From an uncultured Candidatus Saccharibacteria bacterium (lineage in GTDB: Bacteria > Patescibacteriota > Minisyncoccia > UBA6257 > UBA11618): 64,000 nt of DNA. The DNA lies in NCBI GenBank assembly GCA_964362125.1, contig CAYICS010000002.1:9302-73301 (forward strand), written 5' to 3'. Both the position numbers and the translations under genes were made by a program. Below, piece by piece: positions 28,787-40,821 of this stretch (positions are counted from its first letter, which is position 1; every line of letters begins with the position of its first letter). The notes beneath the pieces are model-generated. The model was not told the DNA's origin. It worked only from the letters and a program-made list of their open reading frames with translations, and did not search any database.

Positions 28787-29789
28787 TAAAAAAATTGCTT
28801 TAGTGACTGGCATCACTGGTCAGGACGGCAGTTATCTGGCGGAATTGCTTTTAAGCAAAGGATATGAAGTGCACGGCATTATCCGGCGGGCCAGCACCTT
28901 TAATACCGGGCGGATTGACCATATTTATCAATCCATCCATCAAGAGGAGCGGCAGCTATTTTTGCACCACGGCGATCTGGCCGATGCCAACACGGTTCGG
29001 AAACTGATTCACCAGATAGAACCGGAGGAAATCTATAATCTGGGAGCGCAGAGCCATGTCCGGGTTAGTTTTGATATTCCGGAATATACAGCTAATATTA
29101 CCGGTATGGGAACTTTAAGGATTTTGGAAGCGATTAAGGATTATCAGCAAAACGGCGGGAAAAAGAAAATAAAATTTTATCAGGCCAGCTCCAGCGAAAT
29201 GTTTGGTGATTCTCCCCCGCCCCAAAATGAAAAAACGCCCTTCCGGCCCCGCAGTCCTTATGGCTGTGCCAAAGTTTTTGCTTACCACACCGCCGTTAAT
29301 TATCGCGAGGCCTATGGAATTTTTGCCTGCAACGGCATTTTATTTAATCATGAGTCGCCGCGGCGCGGTGAAACTTTCGTCACCAGAAAAATCACCCGCG
29401 GTTTGGCCCGGATTGTCATTGGTCAGATACAAAAAATCTATTTGGGGAATCTGGAAGCGCGGCGCGATTGGGGTTACGCGCCGGAGTATATGGAAGCGGC
29501 CCAGCTGATGCTCCAGCAGTTAGAGCCGGACGATTATGTGATCGGCACGGGTGAAAATCATTCAGTCAAAGAATTTGTTGAGGCGGTGTTTAAGCACGTG
29601 GGTATTAACAACTGGCAGGATTATGTGGAAATTGACCCCCGTTATTTCCGGCCGACAGAGGTGGAGAATCTGATTGCCGATGCTGGTAAAGCCAAAGAAA
29701 AATTGGATTGGCAGGCAAAGACAAAATTTGATGATTTGGTTAAAATAATGACAGAGTTTGATTTAAAAAATGTCCAAAGAAGTTTTTAA
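28779..29789 (+). CDS. gmd: GDP-mannose 4,6-dehydratase
   Basis: Carries [29 protein letters not shown] (YxxxK) and [18 protein letters not shown]. Confidence 0.9.
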   Translation: MTDKKIALVTGITGQDGSYLAELLLSKGYEVHGIIRRASTFNTGRIDHIYQSIHQEERQLFLHHGDLADANTVRKLIHQIEPEEIYNLGAQSHVRVSFDIPEYTANITGMGTLRILEAIKDYQQNGGKKKIKFYQASSSEMFGDSPPPQNEKTPFRPRSPYGCAKVFAYHTAVNYREAYGIFACNGILFNHESPRRGETFVTRKITRGLARIVIGQIQKIYLGNLEARRDWGYAPEYMEAAQLMLQQLEPDDYVIGTGENHSVKEFVEAVFKHVGINNWQDYVEIDPRYFRPTEVENLIADAGKAKEKLDWQAKTKFDDLVKIMTEFDLKNVQRSF

Positions 29790-30324
29790 ATTAATAATGA
29801 TTTATGGGCCGCCGGCCGTGGGTAAATTGACAGTGGCGCAGGAATTAGAAAAGGTTACTGGTTATAAATTGCTTCATAACCACCGTATTGCCGATGCCTA
29901 TGGCCCGATTTTTGGTTATGGCACAGATATTGGCCGAAGATTAAATGTAACTTTTCGCGGAGAGATTTATGAGGCAGCGGCTAAGAGCGGTTTGCCTGGA
30001 TTAATCTCCACATTTACTTATTATGGCGATCAGAAAAATGATGATTTTATGAAAGAACTGATAGAGAGACTTAAGCCTTATAATGGCGCCATTTATTTTG
30101 TGCGTCTTATCTGTTCTGAAGAAGAATTGAGGCGGCGGGTAATTGATGAATCGCGAAAGAAATCTTTTAAAATAACTAGTATCGAGAAGCTTCAAGAAAT
30201 TTTAACTACAACCAATGTTCAAGCAGTCATTCCTGAAGTTATTGCGCAAACATTGACTATTAATAACACTAATCTTTCGCCGCAAGAGACAGCAGTGATA
30301 ATTAAGGAATTTTATAAACTTTGA
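29770..30324 (+). CDS. P-loop NTPase/kinase-fold protein (AAA_33-like)
   Basis: A Walker A motif [11 protein letters not shown] sits at the N-terminus. The gene is 184 aa and overlaps the gmd stop. Confidence 0.5.
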   Translation: MSKEVFKLIMIYGPPAVGKLTVAQELEKVTGYKLLHNHRIADAYGPIFGYGTDIGRRLNVTFRGEIYEAAAKSGLPGLISTFTYYGDQKNDDFMKELIERLKPYNGAIYFVRLICSEEELRRRVIDESRKKSFKITSIEKLQEILTTTNVQAVIPEVIAQTLTINNTNLSPQETAVIIKEFYKL

Positions 30325-30389
30325 CAAAATTAGACTGATTGTCTAGAATATCAATCAGGTTTTAGCACCTTGTTTTTTAGAGAAAGGAA

Positions 30390-31073
30390 TTGACGATGGC
30401 TGAACCAATTTTAGTTCGCGGAAATGTCGCGGATGCAGTGAGAGAGTTGCTGGCCCGGCGGGATCTCCAGTACTGGCCGTTACTGGCCAGTGAACAGGGG
30501 CCGGAGATCCCATACTTTGGCCATGTCCAAATCGAAACTCGAGAAACGAGAAAGGGACCAGATCAATTCTACATGCTGGCGAGGCGCTTTGGCTGGGCAG
30601 TGGCTTTGGTGATTACTAATCAAAATCAGGTACTACTCAATATCCAACCCAAGCCCGGACTGGTCTCGGCCAGTTTGGAAATGCCAGCCGGCGGCATTGG
30701 CAAAGATCCCAAGCGGACGCAAGACGACATCATTCGTCTCACCTGCGAACAGACGCTCCGGGAAACAGGCTATGGAGATGGCAGAGCTTGTTATCTAGGC
30801 TTTTCCATTATCGAGACCGGAAAAATGTATGATCCGGCAGTGGAAGAGCCGTATGAGCCCGGCGTTGGCAGAGGGCTGAAAGCTCATTGCGTACTGATTA
30901 AAGGAGCGCGCAAAGTAGCTGATCCTCAACCTTTAGCCACTGACAAAATTCAATCATTCCTCGTTAGCATTCCTGACTTACTAACGTTGGTTCGTGAGAA
31001 TGTGCTTGTTGAAACAAGCGCTGTCAACTGCGTAGCCCTTGCTTTGCTTCAAGGATACATTACTCCAAATTAG
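30390..31073 (+). CDS. Hypothetical protein from a higher-GC gene, with a possible degenerate NUDIX-like fold
   Basis: A weak Nudix-box-like stretch reads AGGIGKDPKRTQDDIIRLTCEQTLRETG. Its GC content is distinctly higher than that of its neighbours. Confidence 0.3.
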   Translation: MTMAEPILVRGNVADAVRELLARRDLQYWPLLASEQGPEIPYFGHVQIETRETRKGPDQFYMLARRFGWAVALVITNQNQVLLNIQPKPGLVSASLEMPAGGIGKDPKRTQDDIIRLTCEQTLRETGYGDGRACYLGFSIIETGKMYDPAVEEPYEPGVGRGLKAHCVLIKGARKVADPQPLATDKIQSFLVSIPDLLTLVRENVLVETSAVNCVALALLQGYITPN

Positions 31074-31080
31074 CCAATTG

Positions 31081-32864
<1,784 letters not shown>

Positions 32865-32880
32865 AATTTACCCTATTATA

Positions 32881-33996
32881 ATGACTAAAATCGCTTTTGT
32901 CGATTTAAAACGCGGTTATCGGCAGGTTAAAAGTCAGGCGTTAAAAAATATCAAAAGTCTGCTGGAGCGGCAGGATTTTATTTTTGGCGAAGAAGTCACC
33001 AAATTTGAAAAAGATTTTGCTAAGTATTTGGGAGTAAAACATTGTATTGGGGTTAATTCCGGCAGTGATGCTCTTTATTTTATTGTTAGGGCTTTAGGGA
33101 TAGGACAAGGCGATGAAGTTATAGTTCCTTCTCATACTTTTCCTTCAACCATTGACGCCATTATTCTCAATGGCGCCCGGCCGATTCTGGCTGATATTGA
33201 TGCTGATACTTATAATATTAATCCCGAAAAAATTGAGAAAAAAATTAATAAGAGAACCAAAGCGATTTTACCCGTTCATCTTTATGGTCAGCCCTGCGAG
33301 ATGACTAAAATTATGAAGCTGGCCAGTCGTTATAAACTAAAAGTTATTGAAGATGCTTGCCAAGCTCATGGCGCTGCCTATAAAAGGAAAAGGGTGGGGA
33401 GTATCGGCACTGCCGGAGCTTTTAGTTTTTATCCAGCTAAAAATTTGGGCTGTTTTGGCGATGGCGGAGTGGTTTCCACTAATAATGATGAAGTTAATAA
33501 AAAAATCAGGATGCTGAGGGATTTTGGCCGGCCCGATAAGTATCATCATCAGTTTATTGGTAAAAACAGTCGTCTTGATACTCTTCAAGCGGCGGTTTTA
33601 AATGCCAAGTTAAAATACCTGAATCAGTGGAATCAGAAGCGGAGAAGTTTTGCCGCCCTCTATACCAAGTTACTTAGAGGCGCGTCGGGGATAATTCTGC
33701 CTAAAGAAATCCCGGGAGTTTACGCTGTTTATCATCAGTATGTCATCAGAACAAAAAAAAGAGATCAGCTTCGGGATTACTTAAAAAAGTTTGACATTCC
33801 CACTATTATCTATTATCCTATCCCTACTCACCTTCATCAGGCTTATCAGAGTCTTGGTTATAAAAAAGGTGGTCTGCCTGTAACGGAAAAGTCTGCTCAA
33901 GAGATCTTATCGTTGCCAATGCATCCTTGGTTAAAGGTCAGTGAAATTAAAAAAATTTGTCAGTTAATCAAAAAATGGACTCAATTGGTTTACTAG
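32881..33996 (+). CDS. DegT/DnrJ/EryC1/StrS-family PLP-dependent sugar aminotransferase
   Basis: Carries GVNSGSDAL, DACQAHGA and FSFYPAKNLGCFGDGG, including the Lys-containing block. Confidence 0.85.
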   Translation: MTKIAFVDLKRGYRQVKSQALKNIKSLLERQDFIFGEEVTKFEKDFAKYLGVKHCIGVNSGSDALYFIVRALGIGQGDEVIVPSHTFPSTIDAIILNGARPILADIDADTYNINPEKIEKKINKRTKAILPVHLYGQPCEMTKIMKLASRYKLKVIEDACQAHGAAYKRKRVGSIGTAGAFSFYPAKNLGCFGDGGVVSTNNDEVNKKIRMLRDFGRPDKYHHQFIGKNSRLDTLQAAVLNAKLKYLNQWNQKRRSFAALYTKLLRGASGIILPKEIPGVYAVYHQYVIRTKKRDQLRDYLKKFDIPTIIYYPIPTHLHQAYQSLGYKKGGLPVTEKSAQEILSLPMHPWLKVSEIKKICQLIKKWTQLVY

Positions 33997-34895
33997 CTTA
34001 TGGCGAGATGGGCTTGCCGGCCCTTAAAGGGCTTAAGAAAAAATTTGATGTTTTATGGATAGTAACTCCGCCAAAAGATGATGGCGCATCTTCTTTGTTG
34101 CCGGTTGAAATTTTCTCCCGCAAAAACGGCATAAAAATTTATCAAACCAACAATAATAAAGAAATTAATGATGTTGTTAAAAAAAGTAAACCAAAAGCGG
34201 TAATAATTGCCACTTACAATAAGACAATTCCAGCGGAGACCTTAAAACTTAGCAAGTTTATCAATATTCATCACGGCGATTTGCCGCGCTGGCGGGGCCG
34301 AGCTAATATCAACTGGGCAATAATACTCGGCAGGAAAGAAATAGGACTGGCCATTCATCAAGCCGTTGCTCAATTTGATGACGGGCCGGTTTATAAAATG
34401 CATCTCATTCCTATTACGGAAAAAGATACTGTGGCGACTGTTTATAATAAAGTTAATAAGATCCTTGAAAATCAGCTGGGTGGAACTGTTAAGAAAATTT
34501 TATCCGGAGAACTTAAGGGAGTAAAACAAATTGGTCAAGCCACTTATTGCTGTACCCGCTTGCCTCAAGACGGTTTAATTGATTGGCAAAAGACCAGTTT
34601 GGAAATTGATCGGCTGATCAGAGCTGTAACCAAGCCCTATCCCGGCGCCTTTACGTTTTTCGAAGGTAAAAGAATGATAGTCTGGACCGGAAAAATTCCT
34701 AAAAATCCCAGAATTTTCGAGGGCAGAATTCCCGGCCGGGTGGTGGGGCTTTATCCTGATGGCGTCGAAGTTTTAAGCGGCGACAGCTCAATAATTATCA
34801 AAAACATCAATTATGAAAATCAAGAAAAAAACGCCCGCGATGTTATTAAGTCAGTTAAAAAAACATTAGACTTCCCGTGGCGGCACTGGGATTAA
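33957..34895 (+). CDS. Sugar N-formyltransferase (Fmt/ArnA-FT-like)
   Basis: Carries the NIHHGDLPRWRGRANINWAIILG formyl_trans_N signature, with a C-terminal Fmt-like domain. Confidence 0.65.
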   Translation: MSVNQKMDSIGLLAYGEMGLPALKGLKKKFDVLWIVTPPKDDGASSLLPVEIFSRKNGIKIYQTNNNKEINDVVKKSKPKAVIIATYNKTIPAETLKLSKFINIHHGDLPRWRGRANINWAIILGRKEIGLAIHQAVAQFDDGPVYKMHLIPITEKDTVATVYNKVNKILENQLGGTVKKILSGELKGVKQIGQATYCCTRLPQDGLIDWQKTSLEIDRLIRAVTKPYPGAFTFFEGKRMIVWTGKIPKNPRIFEGRIPGRVVGLYPDGVEVLSGDSSIIIKNINYENQEKNARDVIKSVKKTLDFPWRHWD

Positions 34896-36050
34896 ATAAC
34901 GATATTTATTGCCGGTTTTTTCTTTGATACTATCGAGATACTCGTGGGCAAATACCACCAGCACAGCCGGCGCTGAATTTTCCAAAAAACTTTTGGAGAC
35001 AATGGGGATATGCGTTCCCGGGCTGAATTTATTTTGTTTCAAATGGCTGTCATCAACAATAAACTCGATCAAATCCGAGTCAATATTGCCGTAATTACAA
35101 ATAGTAGCCACCCGCGCCGGCGCCCCGTAGCCGGCAACTTTGATCTTATCTTTTTTATATTCAAGAAGTTTGTTTCTAAAGGCGGCAATCTGGGTCTTCA
35201 CTTGTTCTTTAAATTTTTTAAATCGCGTCGGATTTAGATTTGTTTTTTCTTCCTCGAGCAGCTGCTGAACCGGCGCCGCTGTTATTTGGTTTTGACCGAG
35301 ACGGGCCGTTACCCGCAGTGATCCGCCATGGGGCTCTATAATTTCCGCCTCGGCGATATGCATACCGTGCCTTGCTAAAAGCGACTGAAGCGATGTCAGA
35401 GAATAGTAAAATATTCTATCCAAATAAAATCGCTCAAATTGGACATCTTTTAGAATATTACCGATATATTCCACTTCAATAATGAATCGGCCGTCATCGG
35501 TCATTAGATTTTTTACAGCTCCGATGAATTGATGGGGGTCCTCAAGGTGAGTAAAGACACTGCTGGCAATAATCAGATCTGATTTTTGATATCGTGCCTT
35601 AATCATTTCTGCGGTTTCGGTATTGAAAAAAGCGGTAATCGTTTCTAAGCCGGCATCATTGGCAATTTTAGAGACATTAATCGAAGGATCAACGCCGATA
35701 GCCCTAATTCCCAGTTCTTTAAGCGGTTTCAGCAATACGCCGTCGTTAGAGCCGATATCAACCACAAAATTGGCGCCCCGAACAGCAATTTCCTTGCCAA
35801 ATTGCTCAAAATGGCGCAGTAATCCCGGATTGACCGAGGATAAATAGTAATAGTCCTCAAACATTATCTCCCGTGAGATCAAAGTTCCCAACTGGACGTT
35901 GCGGCAGTTATTGCAGAAAAAAACAGTTAGTGGAAAAAATTTCTCTGTTTTAAAGTCCGCCTCTCCCCGCGGATATTTATTAGCAAGTGGCTGGTTGCCA
36001 AGATTAAGAAATTCAATTAAGTTTTTTTTACGGCAGAGAAAACAAACCAT
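34866..36050 (-). CDS. Sugar C-methyltransferase (TylC3/NovU-type: Zn-binding N-terminus, class I MTase, C-terminal MTase_14 domain)
   Basis: N-terminal cysteine pairs CFLC and CNNCRN form the Zn site. Motif I reads VVDIGSNDG, and a C-methyltransferase-like tail follows. Confidence 0.6.
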   Translation of the reverse strand: MVCFLCRKKNLIEFLNLGNQPLANKYPRGEADFKTEKFFPLTVFFCNNCRNVQLGTLISREIMFEDYYYLSSVNPGLLRHFEQFGKEIAVRGANFVVDIGSNDGVLLKPLKELGIRAIGVDPSINVSKIANDAGLETITAFFNTETAEMIKARYQKSDLIIASSVFTHLEDPHQFIGAVKNLMTDDGRFIIEVEYIGNILKDVQFERFYLDRIFYYSLTSLQSLLARHGMHIAEAEIIEPHGGSLRVTARLGQNQITAAPVQQLLEEEKTNLNPTRFKKFKEQVKTQIAAFRNKLLEYKKDKIKVAGYGAPARVATICNYGNIDSDLIEFIVDDSHLKQNKFSPGTHIPIVSKSFLENSAPAVLVVFAHEYLDSIKEKTGNKYRYLIPVPPREV

Positions 36051-36136
36051 TTATATATGAAGAAAACTATGCTGTTTCTGTAAATCAAATTCCCGGCAGG
36101 CCTTCTATCTTAATCCTTCAGCTTGATTATTTTCAA

Positions 36137-37210
36137 TTGGATAATATAATAATTAGAGTTATGAATCAAGTTATTGCCAAAGATCTTGAAACAATAGTAA
36201 AAAGGATTAAAAAAGAAGCGCCGGCCTTATCAGGCCGGACCTTGCTGATTTCCGGCGGCGCCGGCTTTCTTGGTTCTTATATTATTGGGACAATCCATAC
36301 TCTTAATAAACAATTTTTAAAAAAGCCCTGCCGGGTTTTATGTATTGATAATCATATTACCGGTTCCAAAAACAGTTTTATTCACCAATTAAAAGACCCA
36401 TCGCTGAAGTTTATCAAAGCCGATGTCGCCAGACCATTGACAGTTAAAAGCAAAGTTGACTACATCATTCACGCCGCCGGCGTGGCCTCGCCGTTTTATT
36501 TCAAAAAATTTCCTATGGAAACAATCGAGGCGGCGGTTTTAGGAGTGAAAAATCTTCTCGAATTGTCACGAAAACAGAAAATTAAAGGATTCTTATTTTT
36601 TAGCTCCAGCGAGATTTACGGCAATCCTGATCCCAAATTTATCCCCACCCCGGAAACTTATAAAGGTAATGTTTCTTCTATCGGCCCCCGGGCCTGCTAT
36701 GACGAATCAAAGCGACTGGCGGAAACAATTTGTATTACTTATCACCAGCTATATAATGTTCCCATCAAAATTGTCCGGCCTTTTAATGTTTACGGACCGG
36801 GAATGAAACTGACTGATTATCGGGTTATCCCTACTTTTTTCGCTAAAGCTCTGGCTGGTGATTCTCTGCCGGTTCATGGCGGGGGTCGGCAGACCAGAAC
36901 TTTTTGTTATGTGGCAGACGCAGTGGTGGGCTTTTTAAAAGTTTTGCTTAAGGGTCGGGTAGGAGAGATTTATAATGTCGGGACTAACCAGCCGGAAATG
37001 ACAATGGTGGAATTAGGCGAAGTGATTAGTAAATTATTTGATAATTCTATCAAGGTCCAACTAATCCCCTATCCCAAAACCTATCCTCAAGATGAGCCGG
37101 CCCGGCGCTGTCCTGATTTAACTAAAATCAATAGTCAGCTGGGATATAAAACGATTTTTAATCTGGAAAAAGGCCTGAAACAGACTTTGGATTGGTATCG
37201 GTCTCAGTAA
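36137..37210 (+). CDS. UDP-glucuronate decarboxylase / UDP-xylose-synthase-like SDR
   Basis: Carries ISGGAGFLGS and the UXS block SSSEIYGNPDPKFIPTPETYKGNVSSIGPRACYDESKRLAE. Confidence 0.8.
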   Translation: MDNIIIRVMNQVIAKDLETIVKRIKKEAPALSGRTLLISGGAGFLGSYIIGTIHTLNKQFLKKPCRVLCIDNHITGSKNSFIHQLKDPSLKFIKADVARPLTVKSKVDYIIHAAGVASPFYFKKFPMETIEAAVLGVKNLLELSRKQKIKGFLFFSSSEIYGNPDPKFIPTPETYKGNVSSIGPRACYDESKRLAETICITYHQLYNVPIKIVRPFNVYGPGMKLTDYRVIPTFFAKALAGDSLPVHGGGRQTRTFCYVADAVVGFLKVLLKGRVGEIYNVGTNQPEMTMVELGEVISKLFDNSIKVQLIPYPKTYPQDEPARRCPDLTKINSQLGYKTIFNLEKGLKQTLDWYRSQ

Positions 37211-37384
37211 TGCGGTTTTAAATAATTTTCAATGTTCAATGATCAATTTTCAATTAATGACTCAATGATTCAATTTTCAAACCCGTTGGTTTGTTTCATT
37301 GCTTCATTGAAAATTAAATGAAAATTGTCCGCCAAAGGCGGATCCGCCTCTGGTGGAAAAATTGGTAATTGAAAATTTATAAAT
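37211..37384. repeat. AT-rich intergenic region with reiterated TTCAATG / CAATTTTCAA motifs and a ccgccaaaggcgg hairpin
   Basis: Direct and inverted copies of ttcaatg and caattttca(a) occur. rc(ttgaaaattaaatgaaaattg) resembles the upstream arm. Confidence 0.35.
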
Positions 37385-38350
37385 ATGAAGATTTTATATC
37401 TTTCTCATCCAACGCCGTTTAATTTTGATCTGATAGCCGGCTTAAAAAAACTGGGAGTAGAGATTTTTTATTTTAATGATGAATCAGGTTGGTTTATAAA
37501 TTCATTAAGGAGTCGTTTTTCTTTTGTCAGGCAGCTTAATAAAAAATTGCTGAACAAAAGATTAATCAAGACCTGCCGCCAATGGCAGCCCGATGTTTTC
37601 TTTACCACCAAAGGGATTACTATTAACCCGGAAACTCTGGCTCAAATCAAATCTTTAGGAATTAAGACCGTCAACTGGAATCTGGAGAATATTTATCACA
37701 AAGACTATTATCAGTGGTTTTTAAAAACAGCTGCTGCTTATAATCTGTTTATCAAGATGGATTCTTCCCGGGCAGATTCGATCAAGACCGGTTATCTGGC
37801 AGTGGCCATTAAACCAGAAAGATACCAGACACCGGATTTAACCGAGGATGAAAAAAGAAAATATCAATGTGATATTTTTTTCGCCGGCAGTTTTGATAAA
37901 GACCGGGAAGAATTGCTGTTATCAATAAAAGATTACGATTTGAAAGTTTTTGGTGATAAAAAATGGCAGGAGTCGCCATTAAAAGATTTTTATCACGGCG
38001 GCCCCCTGCCGTTAGAAGAATTTATTAAGGCCTGCTCCTGCGCTAAAATTTGTATCAATATTCAGCTTAAACCTGATACCTGCCGCGGGCTTAATCTTCG
38101 CGATTTTGAAGTGCCGGCCACCAGTAGTTTTTTACTCTCCCATTATCGGCCGGATATGGAAGAATTATTTGTTATTGGTAAAGAAATTGAAGTTTTTCGA
38201 AATGAGCAGGAGTTAAAAGAAAAAATTAAATTTTATCTGACAAATGACGATTTAAGAAAAAAAATAGCCGCCGCCGGCCAAGAACGGGTTTTGCGGAATC
38301 ACACTCTGGAGCGGCGGGCTAAGGAGCTTTTAACTTTGATAAATTCTTAA
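37385..38350 (+). CDS. CgeB-like / Glyco_trans_1_2 family protein
   Basis: 321 aa. The C-terminal LRKKIAAAGQERVLRNHTLERRAKEL block is typical of CgeB-family glycosyltransferase-like proteins. Confidence 0.4.
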   Translation: MKILYLSHPTPFNFDLIAGLKKLGVEIFYFNDESGWFINSLRSRFSFVRQLNKKLLNKRLIKTCRQWQPDVFFTTKGITINPETLAQIKSLGIKTVNWNLENIYHKDYYQWFLKTAAAYNLFIKMDSSRADSIKTGYLAVAIKPERYQTPDLTEDEKRKYQCDIFFAGSFDKDREELLLSIKDYDLKVFGDKKWQESPLKDFYHGGPLPLEEFIKACSCAKICINIQLKPDTCRGLNLRDFEVPATSSFLLSHYRPDMEELFVIGKEIEVFRNEQELKEKIKFYLTNDDLRKKIAAAGQERVLRNHTLERRAKELLTLINS

Positions 38351-39044
38351 AGCGGATTTCCGCCAATTGCCATTCTTCCGGGGTATTGATGTCAACTTCG
38401 TAAATAGGATTAGTGACATAAAGCTCAACTTTTTGGCCGTAGAGGCGGGAGGGTTTTTCGTAAAGATTTTTTGGTTTGAGAAGATAGATTATTTCATTGC
38501 GGGCATAGCATTTTTCCGGAAAGTCCTGTCGGCGGTTAATGATTTTTTTTAGAGGGATTCCGCCGAATAACGACACCTTTCCTTTTTTGTCTTGTGTAAG
38601 AGTCCAATAGGGCGTGTGATTAGCCGGGGTTTCGTTGACAGCCACCACCGAATCGCATCCTGTTTTCTTCATAATTTTAATGGCTTCATCAATATGCCAG
38701 CTTTGACGCAGGGGGTTGGTGCAGAAAAGCAGGGCTAGGGCGTCGGCAGAGTAGCTTTCTTTAGCTTTTAACCATTCGTAGACGTGTTTCATTACCGGCT
38801 CGATACCTATGGTAGCGGTGGCCAGCTCCGGAGGTCTTAAAAACGGCACTTCAGCGCCATAGCGCCGGGCAATTTTGGCAATTTCCGAACTATCAGTAGA
38901 AACAATCACCCGGTCCAGTTTTTTGCTTTTTAGGGCGGATAAAATTGTCCAAGCGATTAGGGGCCTGCCGCAGAAAATCTTGGTGTTCTTTTTTTTCGTT
39001 CGCTCGGAATTCCCCCGAGCTGGAATAACGCCAACTATTTTCAT
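38319..39044 (-). CDS. Acylneuraminate (nonulosonate) cytidylyltransferase, i.e. CMP-NulO synthetase (NeuA/PseF/LegF family)
   Basis: IPARGNSERTKKKNTKIFCGRPLIAWTI gives the CTP_transf_3 signature. The gene is 241 aa. Confidence 0.75.
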   Translation of the reverse strand: MKIVGVIPARGNSERTKKKNTKIFCGRPLIAWTILSALKSKKLDRVIVSTDSSEIAKIARRYGAEVPFLRPPELATATIGIEPVMKHVYEWLKAKESYSADALALLFCTNPLRQSWHIDEAIKIMKKTGCDSVVAVNETPANHTPYWTLTQDKKGKVSLFGGIPLKKIINRRQDFPEKCYARNEIIYLLKPKNLYEKPSRLYGQKVELYVTNPIYEVDINTPEEWQLAEIRFKNLSKLKAP

Positions 39045-39316
39045 TGTTTTTTAGACTTAATTTTCACTAGTGTCACTGTATAAATAGTGACAGCAACAAG
39101 AAAAATACTTTGACCAATAATCAAATAAATATCCTGAACTAATAACATTTTTATCCATAAAATAAAAGTAGCTGCCAATCGGATGATTACTTCCCGCAAA
39201 ACGATATCTTTGGCGGATTTTGTGATGTAGATATGCCACCACTGGGCTAATACACCATAACTTAAAAAGGCCAAAGTGCCCACAGAGAGATAATCAAACA
39301 CTTTCAAGAAATCCAT
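39041..39316 (-). CDS. Small membrane protein with a lipid-A-disaccharide-synthase N-terminal-like (LAB_N) domain
   Basis: 91 aa with 3 TM helices. The QWWHIYITKSAKDI...IIGQSIFLVAV pattern resembles LAB_N. Confidence 0.45.
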   Translation of the reverse strand: MDFLKVFDYLSVGTLAFLSYGVLAQWWHIYITKSAKDIVLREVIIRLAATFILWIKMLLVQDIYLIIGQSIFLVAVTIYTVTLVKIKSKKQ

Positions 39317-39371
39317 TTAATTTGATTAAATATTAACAGAGTTTTTAGCTATTGTCAAAAAAAAATCGACC

Positions 39372-39500
39372 CTACCTTGTGGGCAGGGTCGTGGGGTCAA
39401 TGCCCCGGGCTTCGAGGACCAGGTTGGCAAAGTCGCGCAGGGCGCCGTTGCCGCCGGGTCGGGGTGTCACCCAATGTGCCATTCGTTTGACCACTTCCTC
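39372..39500 (-). pseudogene. Remnant of the C-terminal ~40 codons of a KdsC-family phosphatase
   Basis: The minus strand translates to EEVVKRMAHWVTPRPGGNGALRDFANLVLEARGIDPTTLPTR*, bounded by an in-frame TAA upstream. This is homologous to the C-terminus (SGGNGAFRDFANFILTAWGINPLTLPPQ*) of the 45974-46633 gene. Nucleotide similarity extends into that gene's terminator hairpin. Confidence 0.5.
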
Positions 39501-39636
39501 TTAGTCCGCTGGGAATTACCCTTGGCCGGGATGACGCCGATTACCTTCATTTCAAAAATTATATAACCTTTTTTTTGATAAAGCAATAAATCTAGACAGA
39601 ATTACGATAGTTTGTTAAAGTTATTAGATATTATAA

Positions 39637-40749
39637 ATGATAGAAAATTTTGAGAAATTAAAGAAAATTAAATTACTGGCCCTTGATTTTGATGGAGTGT
39701 TAACGCCGGCCAAGGTTATTGTTAGCGCCAACGGTGAAGAATCGGTGGTCTGTAGTCATCGCGACGGACAGGGCATAGAGTCAATTCGTAAGGCAGGGGT
39801 GCCGGTGGTTGTTATATCCGGTCAGCGCAGTCTATATGTTGAGAAGCGCTGTAATAAAATGGGCATAGATTTTTTTCAAAATATAAAAGACAAGCCAGCT
39901 TGTTTATTGGCATATCTAAAAGAAAAACATCCGTCCGTTGCCATTGAAGATGTTTGTTTTGTTGGCGATGACGCCAGCGACTTGGCTGTTATGAATATTG
40001 TCGGGGCGCCCATAGCAGTCGCTGATGGGACAGAAGAAGTAAAACAGCGGGCTTTGTTGGTTACTAATCGTAATGGCGGAGAAGGAGCGGTGCGGGAGGT
40101 GTGCGATATTATTATTAAGGCCAAAAGCAGTGATATTGATAATCACGCCTTTCTTAAAATTCTTATTACCGGCACCGGCGAAAGAGCAACAGAGGAAGTG
40201 CGGATGATAGCAAAAAATATTGCCGCTGTCTTTGGAAGAAATGGTGATATTATTTTAACTAACGGCGGCCCCAATGGGGTTCCAGAGGCGGCGGCGACCG
40301 GAGCTAATGAGGCCGGCGGCCATTCAGTCGCCTACACTTTTATGCCCGGCCGAACGACCGAATACACAAAAACCAAAGAAATTAAATCTTTCCCGGATTA
40401 TGAACAACGCAATGCCTATCTTTGTTCAGATTCGGATGTAGCTATTTTTTTCCAGGGGGGCTTGGGCACCGCCACTAAATTTTTTACACTCCTCCATCGT
40501 CTGGTCCATATTAATGGCGAATTGATGAAAAAGGGCTTCCCCTCGCTCCAAAGGCCCAAACTAATGATCGTTCATTCCAGTTTTGCTCCCAATGATTTAA
40601 TAAAATGCCAGGAGTTATTTGGACGCAATTTTAAACCAGAACACTTTGCGGCTGTACATTTCGCCGATACGGCGGAGGAAATTATTAAGATAGTTGATGG
40701 CTGGCGGGGAAAAGACAAAACCTTGACACCGGAGGATTTTTTATTATAG
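39637..40749 (+). CDS. Fusion of a KdsC-family HAD phosphatase (N-terminal) and a LOG/TIGR00730-like Rossmann domain (C-terminal)
   Basis: The N-terminal ~165 aa read LALDFDGVLT, RDGQG and VGDDASDL. The C-terminal ~200 aa read TNGGPNGVPEAAATGANEAGGHSVA and FFQGGLGTATKF, which resemble the LOG GGGxGT(L)EE motif. Confidence 0.6.
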   Translation: MIENFEKLKKIKLLALDFDGVLTPAKVIVSANGEESVVCSHRDGQGIESIRKAGVPVVVISGQRSLYVEKRCNKMGIDFFQNIKDKPACLLAYLKEKHPSVAIEDVCFVGDDASDLAVMNIVGAPIAVADGTEEVKQRALLVTNRNGGEGAVREVCDIIIKAKSSDIDNHAFLKILITGTGERATEEVRMIAKNIAAVFGRNGDIILTNGGPNGVPEAAATGANEAGGHSVAYTFMPGRTTEYTKTKEIKSFPDYEQRNAYLCSDSDVAIFFQGGLGTATKFFTLLHRLVHINGELMKKGFPSLQRPKLMIVHSSFAPNDLIKCQELFGRNFKPEHFAAVHFADTAEEIIKIVDGWRGKDKTLTPEDFLL

Positions 40750-40821
40750 TATCCCGGCTATTGCCGAAGATGTTCTTCGGCGCACTTTGACAAACACAAT
40801 TGATAAAAATAGGAAATTTCT

